A DNA stretch of 64,000 nucleotides, taken from the NCBI GenBank assembly GCA_963850905.1, contig CAWKMU010000004.1, positions 576,001 through 640,000 of the forward strand, given 5' to 3'. The first letter of the stretch is position 1, and every line of letters begins with the position of its first letter. The position numbers were made by a program, and so were the translations under genes. The DNA comes from an uncultured Gemmatimonadales bacterium. GTDB lineage: Bacteria; Gemmatimonadota; Gemmatimonadetes; Gemmatimonadales; Gemmatimonadaceae. Of the stretch, positions 18,787 through 29,595 are shown piece after piece. A model generated the notes under the pieces. The model had not been told where the DNA came from, ran no database searches, and saw only the letters and a program-made list of their open reading frames with translations.

Positions 18787-19926
18787 TCACTCTTCGGCTT
18801 GCGGGGCAGTCGGGTTCGTACCACTGGACTTTTCCCAATTTACGAATAGGAATCCGCCAGGCGCATCGAACTTCGGCTCGCCCGCCGCAGGGGTAATCTG
18901 CAACTGCAACTCGTCGATCGTGTTCCTGGAGCAATCCCAGCATTCGAGCGCGAAATCGCCGTCCCGCCGAGTGCGTGACAAGAGCATGGCGTGCACCTGG
19001 GCATTGTCGGTCACGAGCGCGTCGTTCCGGTAGAGATGCGCAACCGCCCACAATGCGACGTCGCTCCTGATCGTCGGGACGAGTGGCGTGTGGACGCCGG
19101 TATTCCCGTGGTAGTAGAGGCCGAGGATCACGCCGCCGAAGCGCGGGTGATGCGGCACGTCCTGCGTCTGCACACGGTCCATGACGAGCTTCCAGCGCGC
19201 GCCGTCTTGCGTGGTGAACTCGGCCACGCCGTCCACCGAATCGCGTGTGGCACCCCTGTCCCAGGCGGTGAACTTGAACGTCCCGGAGATCCGGGCCACG
19301 TTGTTCGAGTACGGGCCGTTTTTGACCTGGGCCTCGAGACCCGGCTGCTCCGCCCCGAACTGCTTGATGACCGGGGCAGCGCTGTCAGGAAACGGAAACG
19401 GACCGGGGAGTATCTGGATGACTGGGCCGCCGCTGGTCACCTGGATCGATCGTACCTTCGTTCCAGCCGCAGAGGCCGCACCCGTTGGCCCCGTGTGAGA
19501 CGCGCCCATGTTGCCGTCGCCCGATCCGGATGGGGCGAGCGACTTCGTGCCGACGACCAAATGCGTGAGCATGCCGAGCATCTTGTGTGAGTCCTGCCCG
19601 ACGGGGCAGTACACTTCGTAGGTTCCAGGCGTGAGTGTGAGAGTCAGGGTGGTGATCGAGCCAGGCTGAATCACTGGAGTCTGCTGTTCGATCCCCTGCC
19701 CCTCGACTTCGAAGGCGTGTGGGATGCTCCCGGCGTTGGAGACGGCGAACGTTACGGTCCCGGGGGCGATGCTGGCCTCCGACAGCTCGACTTTCCACTC
19801 GGACAGTTTGGCGCTGACTGGTGTCGTATGGTCCGGGGCGCGGGCTGCAGGCGCCTCCATGAGCGAGAGCGCGACGAGGAGTCCGCCAGCGGCGGTCAGG
19901 CCTGGTATGGTTTGGCTGGGCATCAT
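18787..19926 (-). CDS. Exported cupredoxin-domain protein with an uncharacterised C-terminal domain
   Basis: Signal peptide; PHAFEVEG...YEVYCPVGQDSHKMLGM type-1 Cu ligands; GAGG RBS. Confidence 0.8.
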   Translation of the reverse strand: MMPSQTIPGLTAAGGLLVALSLMEAPAARAPDHTTPVSAKLSEWKVELSEASIAPGTVTFAVSNAGSIPHAFEVEGQGIEQQTPVIQPGSITTLTLTLTPGTYEVYCPVGQDSHKMLGMLTHLVVGTKSLAPSGSGDGNMGASHTGPTGAASAAGTKVRSIQVTSGGPVIQILPGPFPFPDSAAPVIKQFGAEQPGLEAQVKNGPYSNNVARISGTFKFTAWDRGATRDSVDGVAEFTTQDGARWKLVMDRVQTQDVPHHPRFGGVILGLYYHGNTGVHTPLVPTIRSDVALWAVAHLYRNDALVTDNAQVHAMLLSRTRRDGDFALECWDCSRNTIDELQLQITPAAGEPKFDAPGGFLFVNWEKSSGTNPTAPQAEE

Positions 19927-19976
19927 TGGTCATCTTCCTCAGGTGAGTGTGCGTTGACAGGTGCGTTCCACACCGG

Positions 19977-20034
19977 AGACCTCGCACAACTCAGAGTTAT
20001 TCCGCCGGGAATAAACTCGCCGCCCGCGGAGTCT
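19977..20034. promoter_or_regulatory. Back-to-back ECF-type promoters GGAATAA-N16-GTCT, one on each strand
   Basis: + strand GGAATAA 20008-20014 and GTCT 20031-20034; - strand GGAATAA 20003-19997 and GTCT 19980-19977. Confidence 0.7.
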
Positions 20035-20066
20035 ACTCACGAAGGCCAACGCGACATCTTGGGGGC

Positions 20067-20597
20067 GTGTTGGGGTCACGCGAGCTCTCGCGCTTCGAAG
20101 CCGTCGTATTGCCGCACCTGGACGCCGCCTACACGTTGGCGCGCTACCTGATGCAGAACGCGGCCGACGCCGAAGACGTCGTGCAGGACGCTTGTCTGCG
20201 CGCGATGAAACACTTCGCGAGCTTCGCCGGCGAGCAGGAGACGAGTGCCCGGGCATGGCTGCTGGCGATTGTGCGCAACACCGCGTACAGCGCGCGTCGG
20301 CGCCGACGCCCCGAGGATTTGGCGACCGAGTTCGACGAGAAGGCCCACAGTGACGCGGTGGCCGATGAGCACCCGGAGGCTGAATTGCTCCGTACTGCTG
20401 CGAAGGAATCGCTCGATCGCGCGCTTGATGGCCTGGCGCCGGAATACCGGGAGGTAATCGTGCTTCGAGAGCTGCAGGAACTCTCGTACAAGGAGATCAG
20501 CGAGGTCGTCGGCGTACCGGTCGGCACGGTGATGTCGCGGCTATCGCGGGCTCGCGCGCGCCTGCAGCAAGCACTGCGCGCGGCGGAGCGCAGCTGA
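20067..20597 (+). CDS. ECF RNA polymerase sigma factor
   Basis: DAEDVVQD, AWLLAIVRN, LSYKEISEVVGVPVGTVMSRLSRAR; start uncertain. Confidence 0.95.
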   Translation: MLGSRELSRFEAVVLPHLDAAYTLARYLMQNAADAEDVVQDACLRAMKHFASFAGEQETSARAWLLAIVRNTAYSARRRRRPEDLATEFDEKAHSDAVADEHPEAELLRTAAKESLDRALDGLAPEYREVIVLRELQELSYKEISEVVGVPVGTVMSRLSRARARLQQALRAAERS

Positions 20598-20598
20598 C

Positions 20599-21378
20599 GT
20601 GACGCACCCGGTCCTCGAATCCGAGCTGGACGCCTACCTGGATGGCGAGCTGGCCCCGGACGACGTGCGCGAGCTCGAGGCACACCTCGCCCATTGCCCG
20701 GAGTGTGTACGGTTTCGGGATGAGCGGCTCGAGCTGCGCGCAGCGATCGCTGCGGAGATTCCGGCGTTCCACGCGCCAGAGGCCCTGCGCCAGCGTGTGC
20801 AGATGGCCGCGGCGTCCGCGGCTGGTCCGCGCACGGCACGCCGCTTCACGATCGGGAGCTGGTCGAGCTTACTCGCCCTCGCCGCCTCGCTCGTGTTTGT
20901 CGCCGTTGGCACGTGGCGACTGACCCGTGCAAACGCGGCGCGCGAGACGCTCGCCACCGAGGTGCTCGGGAGTCACGTACGCTCGCTCATGCCCGGCCAT
21001 CTGACCGACGTGCTGTCGTCGGATCAGCATACGGTGAAACCCTGGTTCAACGGGAGGCTCGACTACTCACCACCAGTCTATGATTTCGCGGGCCGCGGCT
21101 ACCCGTTGCTCGGCGGACGGCTCGACTATGTGGGCGGGCGATCGGTCGCAGTGCTTGTGTACGGCCGGCGCCAGCATCTCATCAACGTGTTCCTCTGGCC
21201 TAGCACGAGTGGGCCGTCAGGTGGCCCGCCGGCCGAAACGCGCCAGGGCTATCACCTCCTGCACTGGACAATGGGCGACTACACCTACTGGGTGGTCTCC
21301 GACCTTGGCTTGCCCGAGTTGCAGGAGTTCGCCGGGTTGCTCAGGCAGGCCGACTCGGCCACGAGCGGCCCCAGATGA
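20599..21378 (+). CDS. Membrane-anchored zinc-finger anti-sigma factor
   Basis: AYLDGEL...HLAHCPEC (zf-HC2), TM helix, SSDQHTVKPWFNGRLD periplasmic domain. Confidence 0.9.
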   Translation: MTHPVLESELDAYLDGELAPDDVRELEAHLAHCPECVRFRDERLELRAAIAAEIPAFHAPEALRQRVQMAAASAAGPRTARRFTIGSWSSLLALAASLVFVAVGTWRLTRANAARETLATEVLGSHVRSLMPGHLTDVLSSDQHTVKPWFNGRLDYSPPVYDFAGRGYPLLGGRLDYVGGRSVAVLVYGRRQHLINVFLWPSTSGPSGGPPAETRQGYHLLHWTMGDYTYWVVSDLGLPELQEFAGLLRQADSATSGPR

Positions 21379-21702
21379 ACAGACATCACAATCAGCTCAT
21401 CGCCGTGCCACTTGTCAGTATGCATCGGACCCACGCCGCATTGCGCGCGAGCTGGAGCTCGAGGTCGCCAGGGCTCCTGACCTGACCGCCGCCGACTAGT
21501 TGTCCGCCCCGCCGCCATAGTCGTTCGCAACAAATATCTCCGGATGGAGATCGAGGTCGTTTTCATTCCGCTCAGGCAGCGAGATGTGTCGGCCTCCTGC
21601 GGCCACGTTGAAGCATGCTGTCGGGCCCGACATCGGGCGCTTACGCTGCCAACCTTCGTCGTAATACCTCTCGATCTCACAATCAGTCATTCGGTGGTTC
21701 GT

Positions 21703-22089
21703 ATGCGCAAATCCGCACTCTCTTCATCCTTCCGCTGTGCAGTCGGCATCGTCGCGACTGCTGGCGTCGTCGCCTGCGGGGGCAATTCAAGCAGCCCGAC
21801 GTCACCCGTTTCGGCAGCGCCAACCAATGCAGCAACCGGCATGACCGTCGCGGCCACGCCGGCTCTGATGTTCGGCCCCGACACCCTCGTCGTGCAATCC
21901 GGCGCGACAGTAACCTTCGCATTTGGCTCGGTCGCGCACAACGTGTTCTTTACAACCTCGGGCGCTCCAGCCGACATCACGGGCGACAATGCGAATGTAG
22001 ATATCGCGCGCACGTTCCCGACTGCAGGGACATTCAACTACACCTGCCATATTCATCCTTTCATGCACGGAACAATCGTCGTGCGATGA
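21703..22089 (+). CDS. Plastocyanin/azurin-like copper-binding lipoprotein
   Basis: VVAC lipobox; HNVFF...YTCHIHPFMHG. Confidence 0.85.
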   Translation: MRKSALSSSFRCAVGIVATAGVVACGGNSSSPTSPVSAAPTNAATGMTVAATPALMFGPDTLVVQSGATVTFAFGSVAHNVFFTTSGAPADITGDNANVDIARTFPTAGTFNYTCHIHPFMHGTIVVR

Positions 22090-22122
22090 GCACCCGCGCG
22101 GGCACACACCAGTCGATCCTTT

Positions 22123-22536
22123 CTATTTGTGGCCGCCGTGCGGCCACAAATAGGCGGTCGGCCCACGCGCTGGCGGACCCACCGCTTGAAGTTCCTGCCA
22201 CTCTGCATCCTCGAAGAGGCGCGACCGTGTCAGGAACCGCACCCCCTCCGGCGCCTCGAGTGAGAACCCACTCCCGCGACCGGGTACGAGATCGACGGTC
22301 AGGTGGGTGTGCTGCCAGTATTCGTATTGTTGTGCGCCGATGTAGAACGGTGCCCCAGCAACGGCGCCAAGAAACACGTCTCGCTCGCCAATTCGAAACT
22401 CGCGCGACGGGTAGCACATTGGCGAGCTGCCGTCACAACAGCCCCCGCTTTGGTGGAACACCAGATCGCCATGCTGGGCGGCCAGCTGCCGCACCATGGC
22501 GGCAGCTGCATCAGTGATGTCGACACGTTGACTCAT
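22123..22536 (-). CDS. DUF779-family protein
   Basis: FHQSGGCCDGSSPMCY, GRGSGFSLEAPEG; typical position downstream of aldehyde dehydrogenase. Confidence 0.9.
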   Translation of the reverse strand: MSQRVDITDAAAAMVRQLAAQHGDLVFHQSGGCCDGSSPMCYPSREFRIGERDVFLGAVAGAPFYIGAQQYEYWQHTHLTVDLVPGRGSGFSLEAPEGVRFLTRSRLFEDAEWQELQAVGPPARGPTAYLWPHGGHK

Positions 22537-22571
22537 GCGAGTACCAGTAACCCGCCACCAGTGATCGAGTC

Positions 22572-24149
22572 TCAGAAGAAGCCGAGCTTCTTGGAGCTGT
22601 AACTCACGAGGATGTTCTTGGTCTGCTGGTAGTGATCGAGCATCATCTTGTGTGTTTCGCGCCCGATGCCGGACTGCTTGTAGCCGCCAAACGCTGCGTG
22701 TGCTGGGTAGACATGGTAGCAGTTCACCCACACGCGCCCGGCTTTGATGCCGCGTCCCATCCGGTAGGCCGTGTTCTGGTCGCGTGACCACACCGCGGCG
22801 CCCAGGCCGTACAGAGTGTCATTCGCGATCGCCAGCGCGTCGTCCATGTCCTTGAACTTCGTCACCGAGACCACGGGACCGAAGATCTCCTCCTGGAACA
22901 CACGCATGCGGTTCGTGCCCTCGAAGATCGTCGGTGCGACGTAATAGCCGTCTTTGCGCTCGCCCTGGTGTATGCGCCGTTCGCCGCCGGTCAGGACCTT
23001 GGCCCCCTCCTTCTTGCCGATATCGATGTAGCTCAGAATCTTCTCGAGCTGGTCGTTCGACGCCTGCGCCCCGATCATCGTCCGCATGTCGAGTGGGTCG
23101 CCTTCGACAATCTGTCGAGTGCGGGCGACAGCCTTCTCCATGAAGCGGTCGTAGATCGATTCCTGCACGAGTGCCCGCGATGGACAGGTGCAGACCTCAC
23201 CCTGATTCAAGGCGAAGAGCACAAAGCCCTCGAGTGCCTTGTCGAGGAAGTCGTCGTCCTCGCGCGCGACGTCGGCGAAGAAGATATTGGGCGACTTGCC
23301 GCCGAGTTCCAACGTGACGGGGATGAGGTTCTCGGACGCGTACTGCATGATGAGCCGTCCGGTGGTCGTCTCGCCCGTAAAGGCGATCTTTCCGATGCGT
23401 GGGCTCGACGCGAGCGGCTTACCGGCCTCGACGCCGAATCCCTCGACGACATTGACGACACCACTTGGAATGAGATCGGCGATTAGCTCCATGAATGCCA
23501 TGATCGACACCGGTGTCTGCTCCGCCGGCTTGATCACGACGCAATTGCCAGCGGCCAATGCCGGCGCCAGCTTCCACACGGCCATCAGCAACGGGAAGTT
23601 CCACGGGATAATCTGCCCCACGACGCCCAGTGGCTCGTGGAAGTGGTAGGCGACCGTGTCCTCGTCGATCTCGCTGAGGCCCCCTTCTTGTGCCCGGATC
23701 GCCCCCGCGAAATAGCGGAAATGGTCGATCGCCAGCGGCAGATCCGCATAGGTCGACTCACGGATCGGCTTCCCCTTGTCCACGGTTTCGATGATCGCCA
23801 GCGTCTCGACATATTGCTCGAGTCGATCGGCGATCTTGTTCAGGATGTTGGCTCGGTAGGTCGCCGACGTTCGGTTCCAGGTCACCGCCGCCGCGTGTGC
23901 GGCATCGAGCGCGCGGTCCACGTCCTCGTGCGTCGAGCGCGCCACCTCGCAGAGCGGTTGGCCGGTGATCGGCGTGGGGTTCACGAAGTACTGACCGCGT
24001 GTGGGCGCCACGTACTCCCCACCGATCCAGTTCTCATACCGCGCGCGGATCGGGATCTTGAGCTTCGACACGTCCACAGTGGACGGGAGTGATACCAGTA
24101 CGGGGTTGGAGATCGGGGTCGCGAGTCTGGACTCCAGCGTGGCAGCCAT
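22572..24149 (-). CDS. NAD(P)-dependent aldehyde dehydrogenase (AldB/AcoD type)
   Basis: [50 protein letters not shown]. Confidence 0.95.
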   Translation of the reverse strand: MAATLESRLATPISNPVLVSLPSTVDVSKLKIPIRARYENWIGGEYVAPTRGQYFVNPTPITGQPLCEVARSTHEDVDRALDAAHAAAVTWNRTSATYRANILNKIADRLEQYVETLAIIETVDKGKPIRESTYADLPLAIDHFRYFAGAIRAQEGGLSEIDEDTVAYHFHEPLGVVGQIIPWNFPLLMAVWKLAPALAAGNCVVIKPAEQTPVSIMAFMELIADLIPSGVVNVVEGFGVEAGKPLASSPRIGKIAFTGETTTGRLIMQYASENLIPVTLELGGKSPNIFFADVAREDDDFLDKALEGFVLFALNQGEVCTCPSRALVQESIYDRFMEKAVARTRQIVEGDPLDMRTMIGAQASNDQLEKILSYIDIGKKEGAKVLTGGERRIHQGERKDGYYVAPTIFEGTNRMRVFQEEIFGPVVSVTKFKDMDDALAIANDTLYGLGAAVWSRDQNTAYRMGRGIKAGRVWVNCYHVYPAHAAFGGYKQSGIGRETHKMMLDHYQQTKNILVSYSSKKLGFF

Positions 24150-24541
24150 GGGCAATCCCTCCGGTGGAGATGGACGCGGCGAACACCTACCCAGGAGCCG
24201 TCGAATGTACGCCGTCGCCAGCCAGGGGCTAGTCGGCCTGCAGGCACCGTGCGGTGAGGATGGTGGCGAGCTGGACCGGGCTCAACGGGCGTCCCCCGAG
24301 GGAGTTGAATAGCCAGCGCCAATACGGTGGCTCCCTGTCATTGACTCGGGATACCACAACCCTTTCCCTCTACCCGGAGCTCGACGCTCACCGACGTGCG
24401 TGCCCTACACCATCCGGAAAGGTCCATCGCCGACACGCCACAAACCACAAACCAGTGGACCTTGGTCGTACGAGAGCGGCTCCGCCACGTTCGATAGCAT
24501 TCTGCCGGGCGTACCATCGACGTCAACGGGAGGGTGCAGTC

Positions 24542-25339
24542 ATGCAGAGGATGCTCATCGCCGTGTTTGACACCGATCCGCCAGCGTACCAGGGGCTCGA
24601 CGCGCTGCAGAGACTCGACGCCAACGGAGACATCTCGCTCTATGCAAGCACGGTCATCAAGAGGGAAGCGTCGGGGGTGACCGTAGAGCAGTCGGCGGAC
24701 GTCGGGCCGGCGGGCACGTTCCTCGGCATGATGACTGGAGGCATCGTCGGATTGCTCGGCGGACCGGCCGGGGCGATCGCGGGGTATGCGATCGGCGGAG
24801 CGATGGGAGCCGCGACAGACTTGACCTCGGCCGGCATCAATCTCGACTTCGTGGACGACATCTCGAAGGTCCTTATTCCCGGGAAGGTTGCGGTGCTGGC
24901 CGATGTCGACGAGGGGTGGACCACGCCGGTCGACACGGCTATCGGCAAACTCGGGGGCATCGTCCTGCGACGCACACGTTCCGCCGTTGTCGAAGACCAA
25001 CTCGTGCGAGACAGCAATGAGTTCAAGGCCCAGCTCAAGGAATTGCAGGACGAGCTCAAACAGACGAACGCCCAGAACAAGGCCGCGGTGCAAAAGGAGA
25101 TTGACAGGGTCAAGCAGCAGATCGCAGCGACGCGCACGCAGGAGCAGAAGCGTGCATCCCAGCTCAAGACCGATGCAGACGCCCGACTTGCGTCACTCCG
25201 CGAGCAGATGAATCGGGCCGATGCTGATCGCAAAGCGAGGATCGAGAAGAGAATCGCCGGCGTCAAAGCGGACCTCGAGTCGCGCAACGCGAAGCTCAAG
25301 CAAGCCGAGGGCTCCGCTACGGAGGCGCTCGCAAGCTGA
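24542..25339 (+). CDS. DUF1269-like membrane protein with C-terminal coiled coil
   Basis: Glycine-zipper GGIVGLLGGPAGAIAG followed by long charged helical tail; GGAGG RBS. Confidence 0.75.
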   Translation: MQRMLIAVFDTDPPAYQGLDALQRLDANGDISLYASTVIKREASGVTVEQSADVGPAGTFLGMMTGGIVGLLGGPAGAIAGYAIGGAMGAATDLTSAGINLDFVDDISKVLIPGKVAVLADVDEGWTTPVDTAIGKLGGIVLRRTRSAVVEDQLVRDSNEFKAQLKELQDELKQTNAQNKAAVQKEIDRVKQQIAATRTQEQKRASQLKTDADARLASLREQMNRADADRKARIEKRIAGVKADLESRNAKLKQAEGSATEALAS

Positions 25340-25344
25340 GAAGC

Positions 25345-25376
25345 GCGGGGGCCAGGGTCACGGGCCCCCGCTTTTT
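25345..25376 (+). terminator. Rho-independent terminator
   Basis: GCGGGGGCC/GGCCCCCGC stem followed by TTTTT directly after the stop. Confidence 0.8.
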
Positions 25377-25630
25377 GAGTAGCCGCCTTTGGTGGGGGCG
25401 GTAGCACGCGAAGGTGCGCCCGCAGGGTCTGGGCAGAACCCTTGTTGAAATTGTACGCCGGTTGCGGCACTTTCGTCCTCCCCAGTCCCGCAGGATGGCC
25501 CGGGACAGGTCACCTATATGGAGGGACCGGTGCCCACCAACCACCTGAGCAGCGAGCTCGCTCCGTCTGCCGCGTCGCAACGTCACGACGGAACGAGCGC
25601 TGCTCCGCTCGCCGTCCTCATTGGGCCATC

Positions 25631-26755
25631 ATGATGATGCGGATTCCGCCGGGCCACCTGAGCGATGGCGCGAGGCGACCGCGCGTTCTGACGTGCGTGT
25701 GCGCCCTTGTGGTACAGACGATCATGCCGTCGACGGCCAAGCCGCAGAATTTCCCGCCCAAGCTCGTGGACTTTTTGCAGACGAAGGTTGGCCTCACTGC
25801 ACGAGAGCTGGCCGCAGCTGGCAATGGCAGTCCTGTCGTGAAGGTCCTGAGAGACTCCGACGGAAAGGAAATAGCCCTCGTTGGCGTCGTCGGAGTGCGT
25901 GCACCGCGCGCGCTCTATGTCGCGCAGATGACGGACTCCCTCGGGTCGCGGCGTGATCCGTCGCGGCTGGGCTTCGGTATCTTCTCTGATCCTGCTTCAC
26001 CGGCAGATGTCAGCGCACTCACCCTACCCCATGACGACATGCAAGATCTCGCCAAATGCCGGCCGGGCTCCTGCAAGCTCAAGCTTCCCGCGCAGTCCAT
26101 CACGGACCTTCGGGCCATCGATCCGCAGTCGCCGACGGCAGATTCGATGGCGATCGCCTACGTCGCGCGACACATGATCGCCTACATCACAGCCTATCGC
26201 TCCCAGGGGAAGCAGGCGCTGGTCGTGTACGACGATCAGTCGCATCCGATTGCATCGTCCAACGTATGGGCGGCCATCCTATCTCGATCACCCTACATGT
26301 ACGAGTACACACCGACGCTCGCGCGGTATCTCGCGAATTACCCAGAGGACCGACCCCCGACTGCCCGCAACACGTTCTTTTGGGCAGAGGATGACGTGCC
26401 CGGCGCGAAGCCGATGCTGACGATGACACACCAAGTCGTCTATCAACCCCCCGAGTTCTCGGGTACGACCCTTATCGCCGAGCAGCTCCTCTACAGCGAT
26501 CACTACCTCGACGGGGCGCTGGACCTCACGGCAGTTATCAATCTCGCTCCCGGGAGTACCGCCGGATCGGACACCTCCGGCGTCGCTGTGGTATTGCTCC
26601 GCCGCCTGCACTTTGATGCACTCCCGAGCGGCGGCATCATCAACATTCGCGGGAAGGTGATCGGCAAAATGCGACAGCGCACAGAGGCATTCTTGCGCGA
26701 TACCAAGACCCGGAGCGAAGCGGCGTACACGGGCCGTCACACTCGGTCAGCGTAG
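25631..26755 (+). CDS. Hypothetical exported protein
   Basis: Long ORF with coding-like composition (CRPGSCKLKL, QLLYSDHYLD); start uncertain. Confidence 0.7.
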   Translation: MMMRIPPGHLSDGARRPRVLTCVCALVVQTIMPSTAKPQNFPPKLVDFLQTKVGLTARELAAAGNGSPVVKVLRDSDGKEIALVGVVGVRAPRALYVAQMTDSLGSRRDPSRLGFGIFSDPASPADVSALTLPHDDMQDLAKCRPGSCKLKLPAQSITDLRAIDPQSPTADSMAIAYVARHMIAYITAYRSQGKQALVVYDDQSHPIASSNVWAAILSRSPYMYEYTPTLARYLANYPEDRPPTARNTFFWAEDDVPGAKPMLTMTHQVVYQPPEFSGTTLIAEQLLYSDHYLDGALDLTAVINLAPGSTAGSDTSGVAVVLLRRLHFDALPSGGIINIRGKVIGKMRQRTEAFLRDTKTRSEAAYTGRHTRSA

Positions 26756-27764
26756 CTAGGGCTTCCCTGTCAAGAATCTCCGCATCGAGATGCTCGACTG
26801 TGTCGGGCTGAGTCAAGAACACGTAGTGCCCCGCGCCTTTGAGCTCGACAATGGTGGCCTGCGGGACGCTGGCCTTGAACTCCCGCGCCTGCGCTCGGCG
26901 CCAGTGCTGCAGTGTGTCCAACCACCGTTGGCCTACCGAGTCCGAAGGTGACAGCCACGGCAACACGGACGCAACGCTCGTGTCGCGATCGTAAATCGCG
27001 AGCGTGGGTTCGTGAACCTGATTCAGCGGCGGGGGCGTGCGATCGGACGCGGCGATGATCTTTGCGTCGACCGAGTCTGATGTGAGCAACCCGATGTCAC
27101 GCCCGGAGGAGTCGAAGCGCTCCGTCGCCCGAAACGCTGCTTCAGGATACGGCGCGCCGCTGATTCGCCGAGCGAATGCGAGTCCAGCGGCTGGTGATGC
27201 TGAGTCAGCACCGGTCGGCTTCGGCTGGTCCGGAAATCCCTTCGCGACCGGGTGCGCGTGATAATCAAAACCGGCGTCGAGGTAGACCAGCTTGTGGACG
27301 CGATCCGGATGGTGGGCTGCGATCCAGGTGAGCTCCTGCCCAGCGATCGAGTGCCCGACCAGGTCGACCCGCGAGAGGTGCAGCGAGTCGAGCACGCTGT
27401 ACACGTCGTTCGACAAGGTCGCGATGGTGTAGCCCGTGTCGGGCCGACCGGAGGCGCCGTACCCGCGACGTGTCACGCCGAGCACGTGAAAGGCGTTGGT
27501 GAAGCGAGGGGCGAAGTCATCGTACATATGCGCCGCATCCCCGAGTCCGGCGATGAAGACGATCGGCTCTCCCTGGCCACCCCAGTCCACGACTTCAATG
27601 CGCGTACCGTCCGGCACGGTGACGAACTGCACCGTGTGTGAAGCGGGATCGTGCCACTCCGCGGGAGTGGTCGCAGTCTTCCGCTGGTCCGCATCCGATG
27701 GATTGGCGCGACAGGCGACCGCCGCGAAGGCGCCGAGGGCGACGAAGGTGCGGGCCGAAATCAC
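26756..27764 (-). CDS. Alpha/beta hydrolase lipoprotein (probable +1 frameshift near the C-terminus)
   Basis: AVAC lipobox, GHSIAG, GAGHYVF; removing one base near 26787 gives ...VEHLMRRFLTGKP* ending at 26756. Confidence 0.85.
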
Positions 27765-29524
27765 TGCGCCGCCGGCTGAGCGCTAGCGACCTGTCCGACC
27801 TTGTACACGACCTTGCCGCCCACGATCGTGTACAGGACCTTCGTTCCGAGGATCGAGTCCGGCGGCACGGTCATGATGTCGTGGTCGAGGACCACGATGT
27901 CCGCGTACTTGCCGGGCGCGAGCGAGCCGCTCTGACGCTCCTGAAATGCAACGTACGCGCCGTTCACGCTGTACGTCTTGAGCGCCTGCTCCCGAGTGAG
28001 CGCTTGCTCCGGGAAGAACGCCGAATCCGTGCCGACGATGTCGCGCGTCACGCTGCAATGGAACGACGCGATGGGGCTGATGGCTTCGACGGGGACGTCG
28101 GTCCCGTTCGTGACGACGGCGCCGGTCTTCCAGAGGGACTGCCATACGTAGGCACCTTGCTTTGCGCGCTCTTCCCCGAGCCGCGGGATGACGTACCGGG
28201 CGTCGGAGCAGGCGTGGATGCCCTGCATCGAGGCCACCACCCCAAGCTGAGCAAACCGTGGGATGTCTGCCGGATTCAGGTGCTGGGCATGCTCGATGCG
28301 CCAGCGCAGCGTGTCGCCCTTGACGTGGTGCTCGTCGAAGACCGCCTGGTACGTGTCGAGCGTTTCCTTGTTTGCGCGATCACCGATCGCATGCACGGAG
28401 ATCTGGAACCCGTGTGCGATCCCGATCTCCGCGATTTCCTTGATCCGCGGCATCGGCGTGACGTTGAGACCCGTGTTCGTCGGGTCGTCGTCGTACGGCT
28501 TGAGCATCCAGGCGCTCCTGGAGCCGAGTGCGCCGTCTGCCGTGACCTCACCGATCGCGCGCACGGTCAGATGGCCGTCGCCGTAGTCGACCATCCGATG
28601 TGCCACGAGGGAATCGACGTCATCGGGTCGCACTTCGTCCCGGCCCACCAGAATGTAAAGGCGGAGCGGCATGTGCCCCTCGTCGACGATCTTCTTGATC
28701 GCATCGATTGTCGCGAACGACTCTCCCATGTCCTGGAAGCTCGTCACGCCGTTGGCGACCGCGTTCTGCGTGGCGAGGAACACCTGCCGGCGGAAGTCAG
28801 CGTCGACCTCTGCTGGCGTGCGCGTAGCCAGGTTTTTTGCGAGGGCGCGCCCGACGAGCACCTGCGCGCCGTCCACCAGGACGCCAGTCGGCCGTCCACG
28901 CTCGTCCTTGATGATCTCACCCCCGGGTGGGTTCGGGGTGGAGGGCCCGATGCCCGCCAGTCGAAGCGCCACGTCATTCGCGATGAGTGCGTGACCGCTC
29001 GCGTGCTCGAGAACCACGGGATTCTTCGGCGCCGCTTGGTTGATCAGATCGTTCGTCTGGAAGCCCTTCACGACGCGTCCAGGGGAGACGTCCCACTTCT
29101 CCTGGTGCCAGCCGCGCCCCTGAATCCACGCGGCTGGCTTCGCGGTCTTGGCGGCGTCGCCGACCATCTGCGCGATCTGCTGCCATGAAGGCACGCCCAT
29201 CAGGTCCAGCTCAGTGAGCCCCCTACCCAATCCGGTGAAGTGGCCGTGCGACTCGATGAACCCCGGGATGGCGAGGTGGCCCTGGAGGTCGATGACCTTC
29301 GTACCGGGGCCAACATAGCGCCCGATCTCGGCGTCGGACCCGACGGCAATGATCCGATCGCCGGTGATCGCGACCCCCTGTCCTTCGGGGCTGGTCGAGT
29401 CCATCGTGACGACCTTGCCGTTGCGAATGACCGTATCGGCTGGGGCAACGCGCGCGGCGCATCCCGCGGTCAGAAAGGACAGGAACGGGAGGTATGCGAG
29501 GATCGCGAGCGGGGGCTTGTTCAT
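27761..29524 (-). CDS. Amidohydrolase family 3 (YtcJ-like) lipoprotein
   Basis: PGFIESHGH, DGALGSR, HAIGD, RIEHAQ, GTDVP, GSLAPGKYAD. Confidence 0.9.
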   Translation of the reverse strand: MNKPPLAILAYLPFLSFLTAGCAARVAPADTVIRNGKVVTMDSTSPEGQGVAITGDRIIAVGSDAEIGRYVGPGTKVIDLQGHLAIPGFIESHGHFTGLGRGLTELDLMGVPSWQQIAQMVGDAAKTAKPAAWIQGRGWHQEKWDVSPGRVVKGFQTNDLINQAAPKNPVVLEHASGHALIANDVALRLAGIGPSTPNPPGGEIIKDERGRPTGVLVDGAQVLVGRALAKNLATRTPAEVDADFRRQVFLATQNAVANGVTSFQDMGESFATIDAIKKIVDEGHMPLRLYILVGRDEVRPDDVDSLVAHRMVDYGDGHLTVRAIGEVTADGALGSRSAWMLKPYDDDPTNTGLNVTPMPRIKEIAEIGIAHGFQISVHAIGDRANKETLDTYQAVFDEHHVKGDTLRWRIEHAQHLNPADIPRFAQLGVVASMQGIHACSDARYVIPRLGEERAKQGAYVWQSLWKTGAVVTNGTDVPVEAISPIASFHCSVTRDIVGTDSAFFPEQALTREQALKTYSVNGAYVAFQERQSGSLAPGKYADIVVLDHDIMTVPPDSILGTKVLYTIVGGKVVYKVGQVASAQPAAQ

Positions 29525-29595
29525 GAGAGCGGAGAGGCGAATGAGGTTCGGGACGGCGTTCGAACATTGCGGACGGAACGCGGTTACACCAGGGG

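Noticed and set aside
21496..21690. 64-aa minus-strand ORF between anti-sigma and plastocyanin genes
   Set aside because: No recognisable family or RBS; overlaps the probable promoter region.
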